The notes beneath the pieces are model-generated. The model made no database searches. It saw nothing but the letters and a program-made list of their open reading frames with translations, and was not told the origin of the DNA. From NCBI GenBank assembly GCA_951406725.2, contig OX597816.1, positions 121,024,001 to 121,088,000 of the forward strand: a stretch of DNA of 64,000 nucleotides. The letters run 5' to 3'. Position numbers and translations under genes: made by a program. Each line of letters starts with the position of its first letter. Within the stretch, counting starts at the first letter, position 1. Origin of the DNA: Octopus vulgaris (taxonomy: Eukaryota). Shown here piece after piece: positions 41,027 to 52,227 of this stretch.

Positions 41027-41457
41027 AGAGGCGGCGAACAGGCAGAAACGTTAGCACGCCGGGCGAAATACTTAGAGGTATTTCGAAAGGCGTAGCCGTA
41101 TTTCATCTGCCGTTACGTTCTGAGTTCAAATTCCGCCGAGGTCGACTTAGACTTTCATCCTTTCGGGGTCGATAAATTAAGTACCAGTTACGCAGCACTG
41201 GGGTCTATGTAATCAACTTAATCCGTTTGACTGTCCTTGTTTGTCCTCTCTGTGTTTAGCCCCTTCTGGGTAGTAAAGAAATAGATATTTCGTTCTGAGT
41301 TCAAATTCCGCCGAGGTCGACTTTGCCTTTCATCCTTTGGGGGTCGATAAATTAAATACCAGTTACGCACTGGGGTCGATGTAATCGACTTAATCCCTTT
41401 GTCTGTCCTTGTTTGTCCCCTCTATGTTTAGCCCCTTGTTGACGATAAAAAAATAAA
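41027..41457 (+). mobile_element. SINE family A dimer
   Basis: Full unit followed by a head-truncated unit, each with the 'tttagcccct...aaa' tail. Confidence 0.85.
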
Positions 41458-41574
41458 AAGCTTGTTTCCCAACCACGTGGTTTAAGTTCAGTCCCACTGT
41501 GTGACACGTGTTGTGTAATTGTCTTCTACTATTGCCTCGGGCCGACCAAAGCCTTGTGAATGGCTATTGAAGAC

Positions 41575-41889
41575 CAAGGGTTCTCAACCACTTTTTAAAA
41601 AAAATCTATGGACCCTTTTGATCTTTTGATTACAATTTTATTCTGGTGGACCACCATAGCCATTCGATGTTTAAAAACTAGTTTAATAGTAACTTCTTTC
41701 AAAATTTCTATTTTGTAATTCACCCAAACGTTAGAGAAAGGTACCTAGTTGTTTCTTGAAATACATACCAATACATTTAATGCCAAAAATTTTCAGGGGC
41801 CTTTAAAATGTTATTGTGTATTTCTGATCTACTATTTTGTTGCATGGATCCCCCAAAAATCTCGTATGGATCTCGGTTGAGAATCACTA
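41575..41889. mobile_element. hAT (Charlie-type) MITE inserted in a SINE B
   Basis: TIRs CAAGGGTTCTCAACC / GGTTGAGAATCACTA; degenerate 8-bp TSD ttgaagac / ttgtggac. Confidence 0.75.
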
Positions 41890-41973
41890 TTGTGGACGAA
41901 AACTGAAAGAAGCCCGTTATATATATCTTTGTGTGTGTGTGTGTCTTTGTGTCTATGTTTGTCCCTAGTGCTC

Positions 41974-42023
<50 letters not shown>

Positions 42024-42522
42024 TCTAATCTATATCCAAGTCTCCATTGGAGTTTCAACAACATCAGCGAGGTATATTTGTGTGTGTGAGTGCAATATTT
42101 GGAATCAGTGCATGTACAGATTTGTGTTTTGCTTTATGTATGTAATCTCAAGCAATATAGTTGTGTGTCTGGACATGTATGCATATATGTATATATGTAT
42201 GTATGATTGAATGTATATATGCATATAAGTATGAGTATATATGTGTGTGTGATTGTTTCTATGCATATTTTCACATATTTTTTAGACTTGTTCCGAGAAA
42301 GATGGAGCTAGTTTCTTATAAAGAAAAAATCTCTTTCGTTACAATTTGGATAATAACAGGTTAACAGTTATATATCGAACTTTAAAAAGTATTGCATATC
42401 ATTACTACTCTACTTATAGATTATGTCTGTAACGTTCATCTTAGCCATTTCTCTGCCTAAAATGTTACTTAGACAAACGTAAATTTGTATGTATGAATGT
42501 CATTGTTCAGTTTTATTTCAAG

Positions 42523-42606
42523 ATTTCTTGCCAATAGAGAAAGAGCCGGTTTCTAACCTGGATCCAACCAAGGCTCCTTCTTTTGAATTTCAACATCAAC
42601 AACAGG
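42523..42606 (+). CDS. Candidate internal coding exon (phase 1-1; FLPIEKEPVSNLDPTKAPSFEFQHQQQ)
   Basis: Acceptor ttttatttcaag, donor CAGG|gtatgt, 84 nt, only one frame open; the donor overlaps a (GTAT)n repeat and could be fortuitous. Confidence 0.4.
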
Positions 42607-42810
42607 GTATGTATGTATGTATGTATGTATGTATGTATGTATGTATGTATGTATGTATGTATGTATGTATGTATGTATGTATGTATGTATGTATGTATGT
42701 ATGTATGTATGTATGTATGTATGTATGTATGTATGTATGTATGTATGTATGTATGTATGTATGTATGTATGTATGTATGCATGCATGTATGCATGTATGT
42801 ATGTATGTAT
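42607..42810. repeat. (TATG)n microsatellite
   Basis: Direct inspection. Confidence 0.95.
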
Positions 42811-42974
42811 GTTACTTTCTCCTAGATAGACTGCCTTCGCAGTCTATATACAATATACACACACACGCACAAAGTTTAAAATGCAATATATACAATACAT
42901 ACATACAAACAAACACACACACACACACATACACACACACACACACATACATACACACTCCACACGCACGTGCA

Positions 42975-43319
42975 CAAACACACGTTGTTGAATGGCCGTT
43001 GACAACGCTGCAGTTCCTCCGCCCTTTGACGGGTCTTATTTTTTTTGTTCCGCAGAGTATTCAACAAACACCCACCTCACTAAGCAAGCCTGGTGGGGAT
43101 GCAAGTTTAGCCAACGACGACCCGACCATGCAACAGGTTGTACTTGACTATATGGTACCAGTAGCAGCCAAGAGCGACCTGATATGGACTTATACCAGGT
43201 TTTCATTGATCTAACAAAAGCGTTTGATTCTATCAATAGAATATGCACTTTGGGAGACCTGAAAAAGCTAGGATGCCCTGAAAAATTTGTGAGAATGCTT
43301 AGATAATTTCATGACAAGA

Positions 43320-43320
<1 letters not shown>
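42975..43320 (+). mobile_element. RTE-like LINE fragment
   Basis: FIDLTKAFDSINR...LKKLGCPEKFVRML RT motif at ~43200-43310. Confidence 0.7.
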
Positions 43321-43369
<49 letters not shown>

Positions 43370-43385
43370 AACAGTTTTATAATTG

Positions 43386-43530
43386 CTTCACCACATACCG
43401 AAATTTAGAAATAGCAGCCAAAACTAGCTATTTCTCTACCATAAGAAAATCTCCTAGACAACAATACTCAACAATGTTAGAGAAATAGCTAGTTTTGGTT
43501 GCTATTTCTAGATTTCGGTAAGTGGTGAAG
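43386..43530. repeat. ~53-bp near-perfect inverted repeat
   Basis: 43386-43438 versus 43478-43530. Confidence 0.8.
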
Positions 43531-43929
43531 TATATTTTTTTGATGAACCCTAATTATAATTATACTCATAATTATAAAAAAATTTGTTTAAGTTTACCGA
43601 TACTGGTTCTTTTAACATGCCGAACTACTTGGTAAAATTATTAATTATTAATTAATTAATTTTACCTTTTATTATATATATATAGAATATAATTAAGATT
43701 CATTTGAATTAGGTACTTAAATTGAGGCACGTTGTTAGGTTGATCTAATTTGCACACCCAAACAATATCAGGTGAATATCAAACTCTGTGCGGAAGTGTT
43801 TGCACTTGATATTCTTGTAGTGTATGCAGATAACACGACCCAGCCGAGTGAAGAGATCCGCTCTTTGTTGTTCAGACAAATTCTTTCTCTAATATTTCCG
43901 AAGTGCAGATTCCACGATAGATAGATAAA

Positions 43930-44062
43930 ATATAAATGAGTAGCAAAAATGTATAGATGTCATTTCATTTCGGCCGTTTCAAGCGACTCCTTTTCATTAA
44001 TCAATTAAAGGAGTCGTTTGAAACAGCCGTAATAAATTGACACCTGTACATCTTTGTTACTC

Positions 44063-44070
<8 letters not shown>
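43930..44070. ncRNA. Inverted repeat with degenerate hammerhead-like halves
   Basis: GAAA-CAGCCG-TA (plus) and GAAA-CGGCCG-AA (minus, palindromic stem III); minus core remnant ATGAAAA. Confidence 0.4.
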
Positions 44071-44152
<82 letters not shown>

Positions 44153-44157
44153 ATATG

Positions 44158-44220
<63 letters not shown>

Positions 44221-44519
44221 ATGTAAATGAAAAACGGCAGGGAGGAATTGCGAGAAAAAGTGTACAGATATGTAGAAGGATCCGGTTTTGTTGCTGGGCT
44301 TTGTATTCTTTTCATAGCTCCCATGGTTACTGAGATAATCTACTATAATAATACTCTTGTGTTTAGAATGAGAAAGAAGGGTTGTGTGTGCGTGTGTATT
44401 TGTTTGTGTGTGTGCATGTGTGTGTGTGCGTGTGTGTGCGTGCATATGTATGCATGTGCGTGCGTGTGTGCATGTGCGTGCGTGTGCGCGCGCAATGGTA
44501 GTGGGATGGTTCATCTTTG

Positions 44520-44718
44520 TTCACTTAGTAATTGGGTTTATTTTTTGATTTGGTTGAATCTTTGTTGGTCAGTTATTTTTTTAGCGTTTTGACAGAAAAA
44601 GTTATTCTAAAATTGTTTTTTAACGTAAGCGTGCCCAAACAAGTCGAATGCTTACACAGAACAGGTTTTACAGCCACATCATCCAAACCGACCGGGTGAA
44701 ACCGGGCTTCACTGCTAG
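44520..44718 (+). mobile_element. Helitron-like 3' terminus
   Basis: CCGG-gtgaaa-CCGG hairpin (44692-44705) shortly before CTAG|T (44715-44718); left boundary uncertain. Confidence 0.55.
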
Positions 44719-44732
44719 TACATATGTAGATA

Positions 44733-44797
<65 letters not shown>

Positions 44798-44989
44798 TAA
44801 TAAATAAAATATATGCATACATACAAACATATATGTACGTACGTACATCTACATGTATATATACATGCATATATAAATATATATACGTGTACAGGACACC
44901 ATACATAGACGTAGAACTCAACGAGAAACGAAAACGTAAAAACAGCATGGAACGGACAACTACTATAAGACAACTATACAAGGAAAAAT

Positions 44990-45064
44990 CCCCTTCATCA
45001 GCTGTCCCTAGTTCAACTCCAACGTGTTTCGAAGGTGAGGACAGAACACGTCTCGTAGAACTAG
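44990..45064 (-). ncRNA. Hammerhead ribozyme with non-canonical strand order (candidate)
   Basis: 5'-ACGUG-UU-CUGUCCU-cac-CUUC-GAAA-CACGU-13 nt-GGGACAG-CUGAUGA-A-GGGG-3'; stems I (7 bp), III (6 bp) and II (4 bp, two G.U) all pair. Confidence 0.65.
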
Positions 45065-45172
45065 TCCTTCGTGCGAAAGAATTAAATAAAATTCCTTTGC
45101 AGAGGGGTAAAAACAAGGAGAAAAAATGTGACAAAAACAAAACGTAAAAACAATAAATTAAAAACAAATATA

Positions 45173-45340
<168 letters not shown>

Positions 45341-45449
45341 ATGTATATATAACGGGAAGCTTTATGAAAATAGACAAAAGACGAAGGCAGGTGGAAAACA
45401 AACAAACAATTGTTTTAGTATGGCGCTCAGGAAATATAAATAAAACAAG

Positions 45450-45487
45450 TCTTTAACGTTTCGAGCCTACGCTCTTCAACAGAAAGA
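45450..45487 (-). ncRNA. Minimal hammerhead ribozyme in PLE terminal region
   Basis: UCUUU-CUGUUGA-A-GAGC guag GCUC-GAAAC-GU-U-AAAGA; palindromic ACGU stem III. Confidence 0.7.
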
Positions 45488-45654
45488 TACACAGAGAGAA
45501 AAAAACACAGAAAGAAGGAGAGAAAAAAATGCGTGCAGTAACTAACGAATCAACATGGCGATCTGATTTCGGCCAGAAGTCAAAGATCAAACATGAGACG
45601 CGAGAGCGAAATAAGGGGAGATAATAGGGTTGATAACAGGGTTGAATGACCACC

Positions 45655-46000
45655 TATTAGTGCGTAGGAGGGGTCTGGACGTGTGTATGTATAGGGTTGG
45701 TGTATGTATTAGTATGTATAAGGGTGTGTGTGTGTGTGTGTGTGTGTGGATGAGAGAGTATTAGTGCGTAGGATAGGTCTGGACAGGCGTATGTATGGGG
45801 TTGGTGTATGTATTAGTATGTATTAGTATGTATTAGTACGTATTAGTATGTATAAGTGTGTGTGTGTGTGTGTATGAGAGAGTTTAAGTGCGTATGAGGG
45901 GTCTGGACGTGTGTATGTATAGGGTTGGTGTATGTATTAGTATGTATTAGTATGTATTAGTACGTATTAGTATGTATTAGTTGGTGTATGTATTAGTATG
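45655..46000. repeat. Three ~120-bp tandem units with a (TATTAGTATG)n minisatellite in the PLE 3' region
   Basis: 'agtgcgta.ga..ggtctggac...gtatgtat.gggttggtgtatgtattag' occurs three times. Confidence 0.8.
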
Positions 46001-46695
46001 GCACATCATATATGATGTGATGTGTAAAGTCGTGTGGTGTAGTGAGGAGAAGAGGGGGAGGGGGAGAAGGGGAGGGAAAGAAGGGGAGGGGAAGAAGAGG
46101 GGAAGGAGAGGGGAAGAGGAGAGGAAGGGGAGGAGGAGGGGGAGGAAGGAGGAAAGAGGGGAGGGGGAGAGAGAAGGGGAGTGAGGGAGCAGAGGGAAGG
46201 GCAGTAGGGGTGAAAGGATGAAGGACTGAAGAAGTAGGGGTCGGGGGGAGGATAGGTGAGGAGGGGGAGAGGGGGTTAGATGAGGAGGGGGGAGAGTTGA
46301 GACCAAATGGCGTATAAGAGCGAAGAGAGAAGATTAATTCCTGTTCACGGCGCAAACGGGAATCCGGATGGCCTCTGTGTAAGGACAAACCGAACACAGA
46401 TAGGTGTTGCAAGGAGTGACCGGTGGAGCGGAAATGGCGTGAGACCGGTGTGTCGTTCGCAAGGTGGATGTCACGAAGGTGTTCCGCGAACCGGTCAGCC
46501 AAGCGGCGTCCCGTTTGTCCGATGTACAACGAATTGCAGAGAGAGCAAGAGACGCAATAGATAATATTGCTGGAGGTGCAGGTGAAGGAGTGGATGATGG
46601 GATAGGGTCGATGGTGGGTGCTAGTGAGGCGGGTGGTGTTGGAGAGGTAAGGGCAAGTGCGGCAACGTGGGCGGGAGCAGGGGAACGAGCCGGGT

Positions 46696-46731
<36 letters not shown>

Positions 46732-46799
46732 ATACATATATATATACATATATATATGTATAGGTATATATATATATATGTATATATATATACATGTAT

Positions 46800-46870
<71 letters not shown>

Positions 46871-46871
46871 C

Positions 46872-46925
<54 letters not shown>

Positions 46926-47859
46926 TAATATACATATACACACTCACACCAGACAATACGCATCATTCTGTGCACTCGGTTCTAGAAGTATATGTACAGA
47001 AGATGCCGATCAGTGCATTTACAATGTACTCGGGAATAACATGAACAATATGTATATTTACATATATGAGGAAATCATACACATATGCCAACCGGTACAC
47101 CTACACTCTCACTATCTCCATTATATATGTGAATGTGTGTGTGTGTGTGTGTGTGTGTGTATTATATCTATGCTCACGCTACCTGTACCCTGTACTCACC
47201 TTACTGCAGTGCCTATGTATTTATACACACTTTCAACACGCCCAGTGGTATTAAATGACTATTCCCATATTACACACATTGAAAACACCTATTCGTTGGT
47301 GGCAGAAACTCAACTTCAAAGATGGTTTAGGTTGAAGGTAAATAAGAGGAGGAATGGAAATAACAGAATCAAATATGTTAACAGCATTGAGCATAATCTT
47401 TTGGGAAAACATGTGAGAAAGTTAACTAAACGATTGATAAGATTTAACCTGATATGTGTTATAACTTATCCAAGACATCTTGTTTTGAATCAGTGCTGAC
47501 GTCACAATAACAATGCATTATCATTGGATCGTTTGATTTTCTTTTTAGAAAAATTATAGAGAATTTAGCATTAAATAGGCTGAGATCCAGAATTTGTGGG
47601 AACGTGAGATGTTAGACATCGGTAATATTTAGTTCGGAGGTGAGTTCCTGGAAGAGTTTAATAAGTACATTTGTTCGAGGAGTGAAAAATATTTTTAGAG
47701 CTTTTTCATTTCACCTGAGAGAGAAAAGAAGAGAATGAAGTTGGTTGCTGTGGTTTTTATTGTGGGTAAGAAACAGTTAAGAGTTCGCTGGTAGTTTCTT
47801 TTAACAATGAATTTGTTACAGTTATTTTTTTTTTCATTTTTTTTTATCGGAACATATCC

Positions 47860-48260
47860 CTGTGGTTAGGAAGCCCCGACCACATGCTTTCTGATTCGGT
47901 CAGCACTGTACTGCATCTTGGGTAAGTAGGCTATAGGATATAGTAACCCTAGGCTGAAGTATCTCAAGGCTGCACAATACCTAGCCAAGGAATTTGGTTG
48001 GTGGAAACTGTGTGGAAGCCCGTTTTAATATATTTATATATGCGTGTTTGTTTGTGCTTGTCTCTTGACGCTTGACAACCGGTGTTGGTTTGTTTAGACC
48101 CTGTAATGTGGCGGTTCAGCAAAAGAGACCGATAAAATATGTACCAAACTTAAAATAAAAGCGCTGGTGTGTGTGTTGGGGGTGGGGTTGATTTGTTCAA
48201 CTAAACCCTTTAAGGTGGTACCCCAGCATTGCCGCAGTCCAATGAGTGAAACAAGTTAAA
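47860..48260 (+). mobile_element. SINE family B, degenerate
   Basis: 'cttgacaaccggtgttggtttgttt..ggcggttcagcaaaagagaccgata' block. Confidence 0.65.
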
Positions 48261-49360
48261 GGTAAATGCTGTGCATTTATCAGGAAGTGGAATAGAGATT
48301 GTGAGGCGTCCATACGTTTCTGAAAGGTATCAGTGCTATGAAACGAAGTAGACTAATCAAAACACTTCATATATTTGATTTAACAGGTGTTTTGCTCTCC
48401 GGTGCCCGTCACACCGAAGCTGATTATTGAACACGAAATTTAGGTGAGCAGATCTTTCTGATCTAGTATTGCTGGTACTCTGTTAGATTATGCTCTTCTC
48501 TGAGTGACAAGAATTTCCAAGTGTTTAATCCGTTATCAAAATAAAAATTTCTGATATAGGTACAAGACTGGAAACTCTGGTGTAAATATTCGACCGTACT
48601 AATTGACTGATACCCATTTCATAGAGCCAGGAAAGTTATAAGATAAGTTCCCTCGGCGTGTTTTGAACACTTCAACGTGAATGTGTGATTCAGATACTTT
48701 TCACTCTCTCACGAACAAAATAAAGGCAAATTAAAAACCGAATACGAATAATGTCTACACAATTGATTATTATGTATAAAGTAATATATATATACAATCG
48801 CTATACAATCCTAAGCAAGTTATCTCTCAAATTAATCTTTAAGAAAAGTCAATTCCTAGCTTCAATACAATGTCAATTTTTGAAAGAAAACGGCGCAGGT
48901 GACGGAGATATCACAGGGAGTTATTCTATTGAATTTGGTGCGGTGAAAACAGACTTTATAAGTGTTTTTAACTTTGTCTGTGAAAGAGTGAAGAAAAATA
49001 CTTTATAATGTTTAATTTACATTTAACTATTTAAATTAACTTTTCATTTTTTGAAGTTAATAAACATAAATATCAACCAAAGACTAAATAATATAGAAAA
49101 TAAGATGAAAATCTACCTTCTAACGCATGGGTCGTGAAATCAAATTCTGTTGATATATCTACGTTGCAAACAATTCTATTTACTTCACTTTATCTGAGTG
49201 GAAGGTTGCCCTGGGATAGTTATCAACGATAGACTAGCGTCGTATCTAGAAGCAGGTTTATCTAGCAACCATTTTAAGCCACGGAAAAACTTGAACCCAG
49301 TCGCATAGTAACTCATGAGCTTCCTTCAATTCGTAACTAATAAATTATCAAGTCAGTATC

Positions 49361-49570
49361 TACGAAGGGGTACTGAAAAGTTCTTGGCTTTAAAGGTATC
49401 GCAAAAGGCCTTGTTGAAGGTCCAACCTTCCGAGATCTTTTACAGGGCTTAGAAAAATTTAAGTACCGCTACAATAAGTGTGTGAATCTGAGAGGGTAAT
49501 ATGTTGGACAAAATCATAATTAACTGATCCTCTTGTATTTTCTTTTACCTAAAGCTAGAAAATTTTCTTA
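49361..49570. mobile_element. Mariner-type MITE
   Basis: tacgaaggggtactgaaaagttcttggcttt terminus; matches 57893-58102 in reverse. Confidence 0.7.
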
Positions 49571-51201
49571 ATATAATAAAAGTGATATTGCCAAACCAAA
49601 TGTAATTACTACTTCAAACAGCTAAATCTTGACAGAGACGCTGTTGAATAATAAATGATCCGGCCGTGACAAACGCTGCAAAACACTACCAGACCAAAAT
49701 ACAGATTCAATGTGAAGTCGGCGACAGTTGAAAAAGCGTGAAATTCCTCCGATCCTTTCATCTATATTTTAGGCTTTGCTTTTAGAAAAAAGAAAAACAA
49801 AAGAACCCCCACCCCCAAACATATGGATTCATATTTCAGTAGTAGTAGTCAGTGTTTAGCCACCGATCAGTCCTAATCATGTACACTTTTATTCAATGGT
49901 ATTCCGGCCATAACCATCCCGCCTTTGTATACACACACACATCACATACACACTTATGCACACACGTTTGTTTGTATGTATGTATGTATGTATGTATGTA
50001 TGTATGTATGTATGTATGTATTATGTATGTATGTATGTATAGAAAAAAAAACATTGATATACAAAATATACATAAAATATATTTCGATCACAGCACCAAT
50101 AACAGTTAAGTTTCGTGTAATGGCCATACTCGATAACGAGGGGGGCAGCCATCATGTATGTGTGTATGTATGTATGTATGTATGTATGCATGTATGTATG
50201 TATGTATGTATGTATGTATGTATGTATGTATGTATGTATGTATGTATGTATGTATGTATGTATGTATGTTTGTCTTTCTGTATGTATGTGCATGTATGTA
50301 TAGAAAGATAGATAGACAGATAAGGAATTACAGTATTCAACGTATCTACTTCCATTTGCAGGAGAATATACGATATGATGGAGTTTTGGTTGCTAATTTT
50401 AATAGTTTGAGCTACCGTGTACTTACTCTCCCGTTAGCTCGTTGTACTTTTAACAGTAATTTTTTCACAATTATCGAAATTAGCAATAATATATAATAAA
50501 CATATTTACGACCTGTTTTGCATGCACTTCTCTCCACTCTCGCTTTATAAATGTCATTTATAAAGTTACATGTTAAAGGACTACTTCCTTTTAGTCACTG
50601 AAATCACAACGGCCATTCGGTTTACTGCAGCAAGTGTGTATAGCATTATACTACACACTTACCTAAAAGTAGCTAAGCTATACATTAAATTATATATCCA
50701 GACAAACAATGTGAATGGAAACATTATTAATGCCCGGATATTTACTGACATCAGAATGACGTAGTGATACAAGAAATACAATTACTATGAAAGTGATATG
50801 TGGCAGATGTTATATTGATATTGTTTAATTATTACTGTGTCTTAGTCATTCAAGAATGTTGAGTTGGTAAAATTGTTAGAGCATCGGGCAAATTACCTTG
50901 TGTTATTTAGTTATGATCTGAGTTCAAAAGGCCATCGAAACGAACTTTAACTTGAACCCACTAAGGGTTGGATAAACTACAGCTCTGGAGTAAAATTCGA
51001 CTAACTCAGAATTTTGAGCTTTCTTCCTGCCTTTTAGAAATGAACATTATAAAACTTCTTCCGGTTGGTGGATCGGCAAAATCATTAGGGAAGCGGACAA
51101 AACATTTTGTTGTATTTAGGTACGTTGTTCTGTTTGATTTTGGTGTTTTGAGTTCAAGTCCCGCTGAGGTCAGCTTTACATTTTATCATTATATACATAT
51201 G

Positions 51202-51275
<74 letters not shown>

Positions 51276-52227
51276 GTTAAAAGTCGATTCTGCAATCACG
51301 AACAAAGAAACGCGAGTAAAACACACACAAAACAGAGAAAATTTACATATTTCAAGAAAAAATCATACGTGTGCGTATGTGTGTATACATTTGAATATCT
51401 GCATATATATGTATAAATGTATATATCTTTGTGTGTGTATATATATATGTATGTATATATATTTCACTTATATATATATATATATATATATATGTTTGTG
51501 TGTGCTTCACTTATATATATATATATATATATATATACATACAAAATTTAGAGGAATGACCACTAAAGTGGACACCCTATATGATAAACATAGACGTCAA
51601 ATCTCCATTACTACGAAGAATGAGTTCTCCAGAAAAATCTCTACAAAAAAAAAAAACAATGTAAAAATAAGCAAGACAAATGAAAATATACGAAATCAAA
51701 AACGATTACCTAAGTATCATTTGTTTCACTTGTTAATATTTACGAATATGAACACGCAAATATCTGCAAGATTATCATAATTTCCAGACGCTCAACAGAG
51801 ATCAAGCATGTATAAAGTTTTACAAATTATATTCGGATGTATCTTTCAAACGCCTTCACTTTGGCGCGCTGAGGTCGGAAATTACTCTGCAGTTAATAAA
51901 TTACAGCAGCCAATTTACCGGTTAGAGAACATTTTTTTATTTAAAATCAAATAATAAGGGTAGAAATTGATATTAATCAATTAAAACCAGTGGATTATCA
52001 TATTTGAAAAAATCCGAAGATTAAAAATTTTGTTACATACAAAATTTAGAGGAATGAACTCCCTGTATGCTAAACATAGACGTCAAATTGCCATTACCAC
52101 GAAGAATGAGTTCTCCAGAAAAATCTCAGCAAAAAAACAAAATGTAAAAGGAAGCAAGACAAATGAAAATATACGAAATAAAAATCGATTACCCAATACC
52201 ATTGGTTTCACTTGTTAATATTTACGT

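Larger units (their letters stand above)
45350..46697 (-). mobile_element. 5'-truncated Neptune-type Penelope-like element (GIY-YIG + 3' region with hammerhead)
   Basis: CSRPRCRTC linker, [47 protein letters not shown]; (TA)n on both sides. Confidence 0.92.

Noticed and set aside
42980-43110. HDV-like ribozyme at the RTE 5' region
   Set aside because: Only simple hairpins are visible; I could not assign the nested double pseudoknot.
46040-46295. Pro/Ser-rich extension of the GIY-YIG ORF; G-quadruplex-like purine tract
   Set aside because: Low-complexity 3' region of the PLE; the open frame is a compositional effect.
47200-47735. Strong minus-strand acceptor at ~47715
   Set aside because: All three frames stop within a few codons; no product can be assigned without transcript data.
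51880-51930. Possible 5' hammerhead of the large PLE (ACCGGTTAGAG)
   Set aside because: No GAAA or CUGANGA recognisable.
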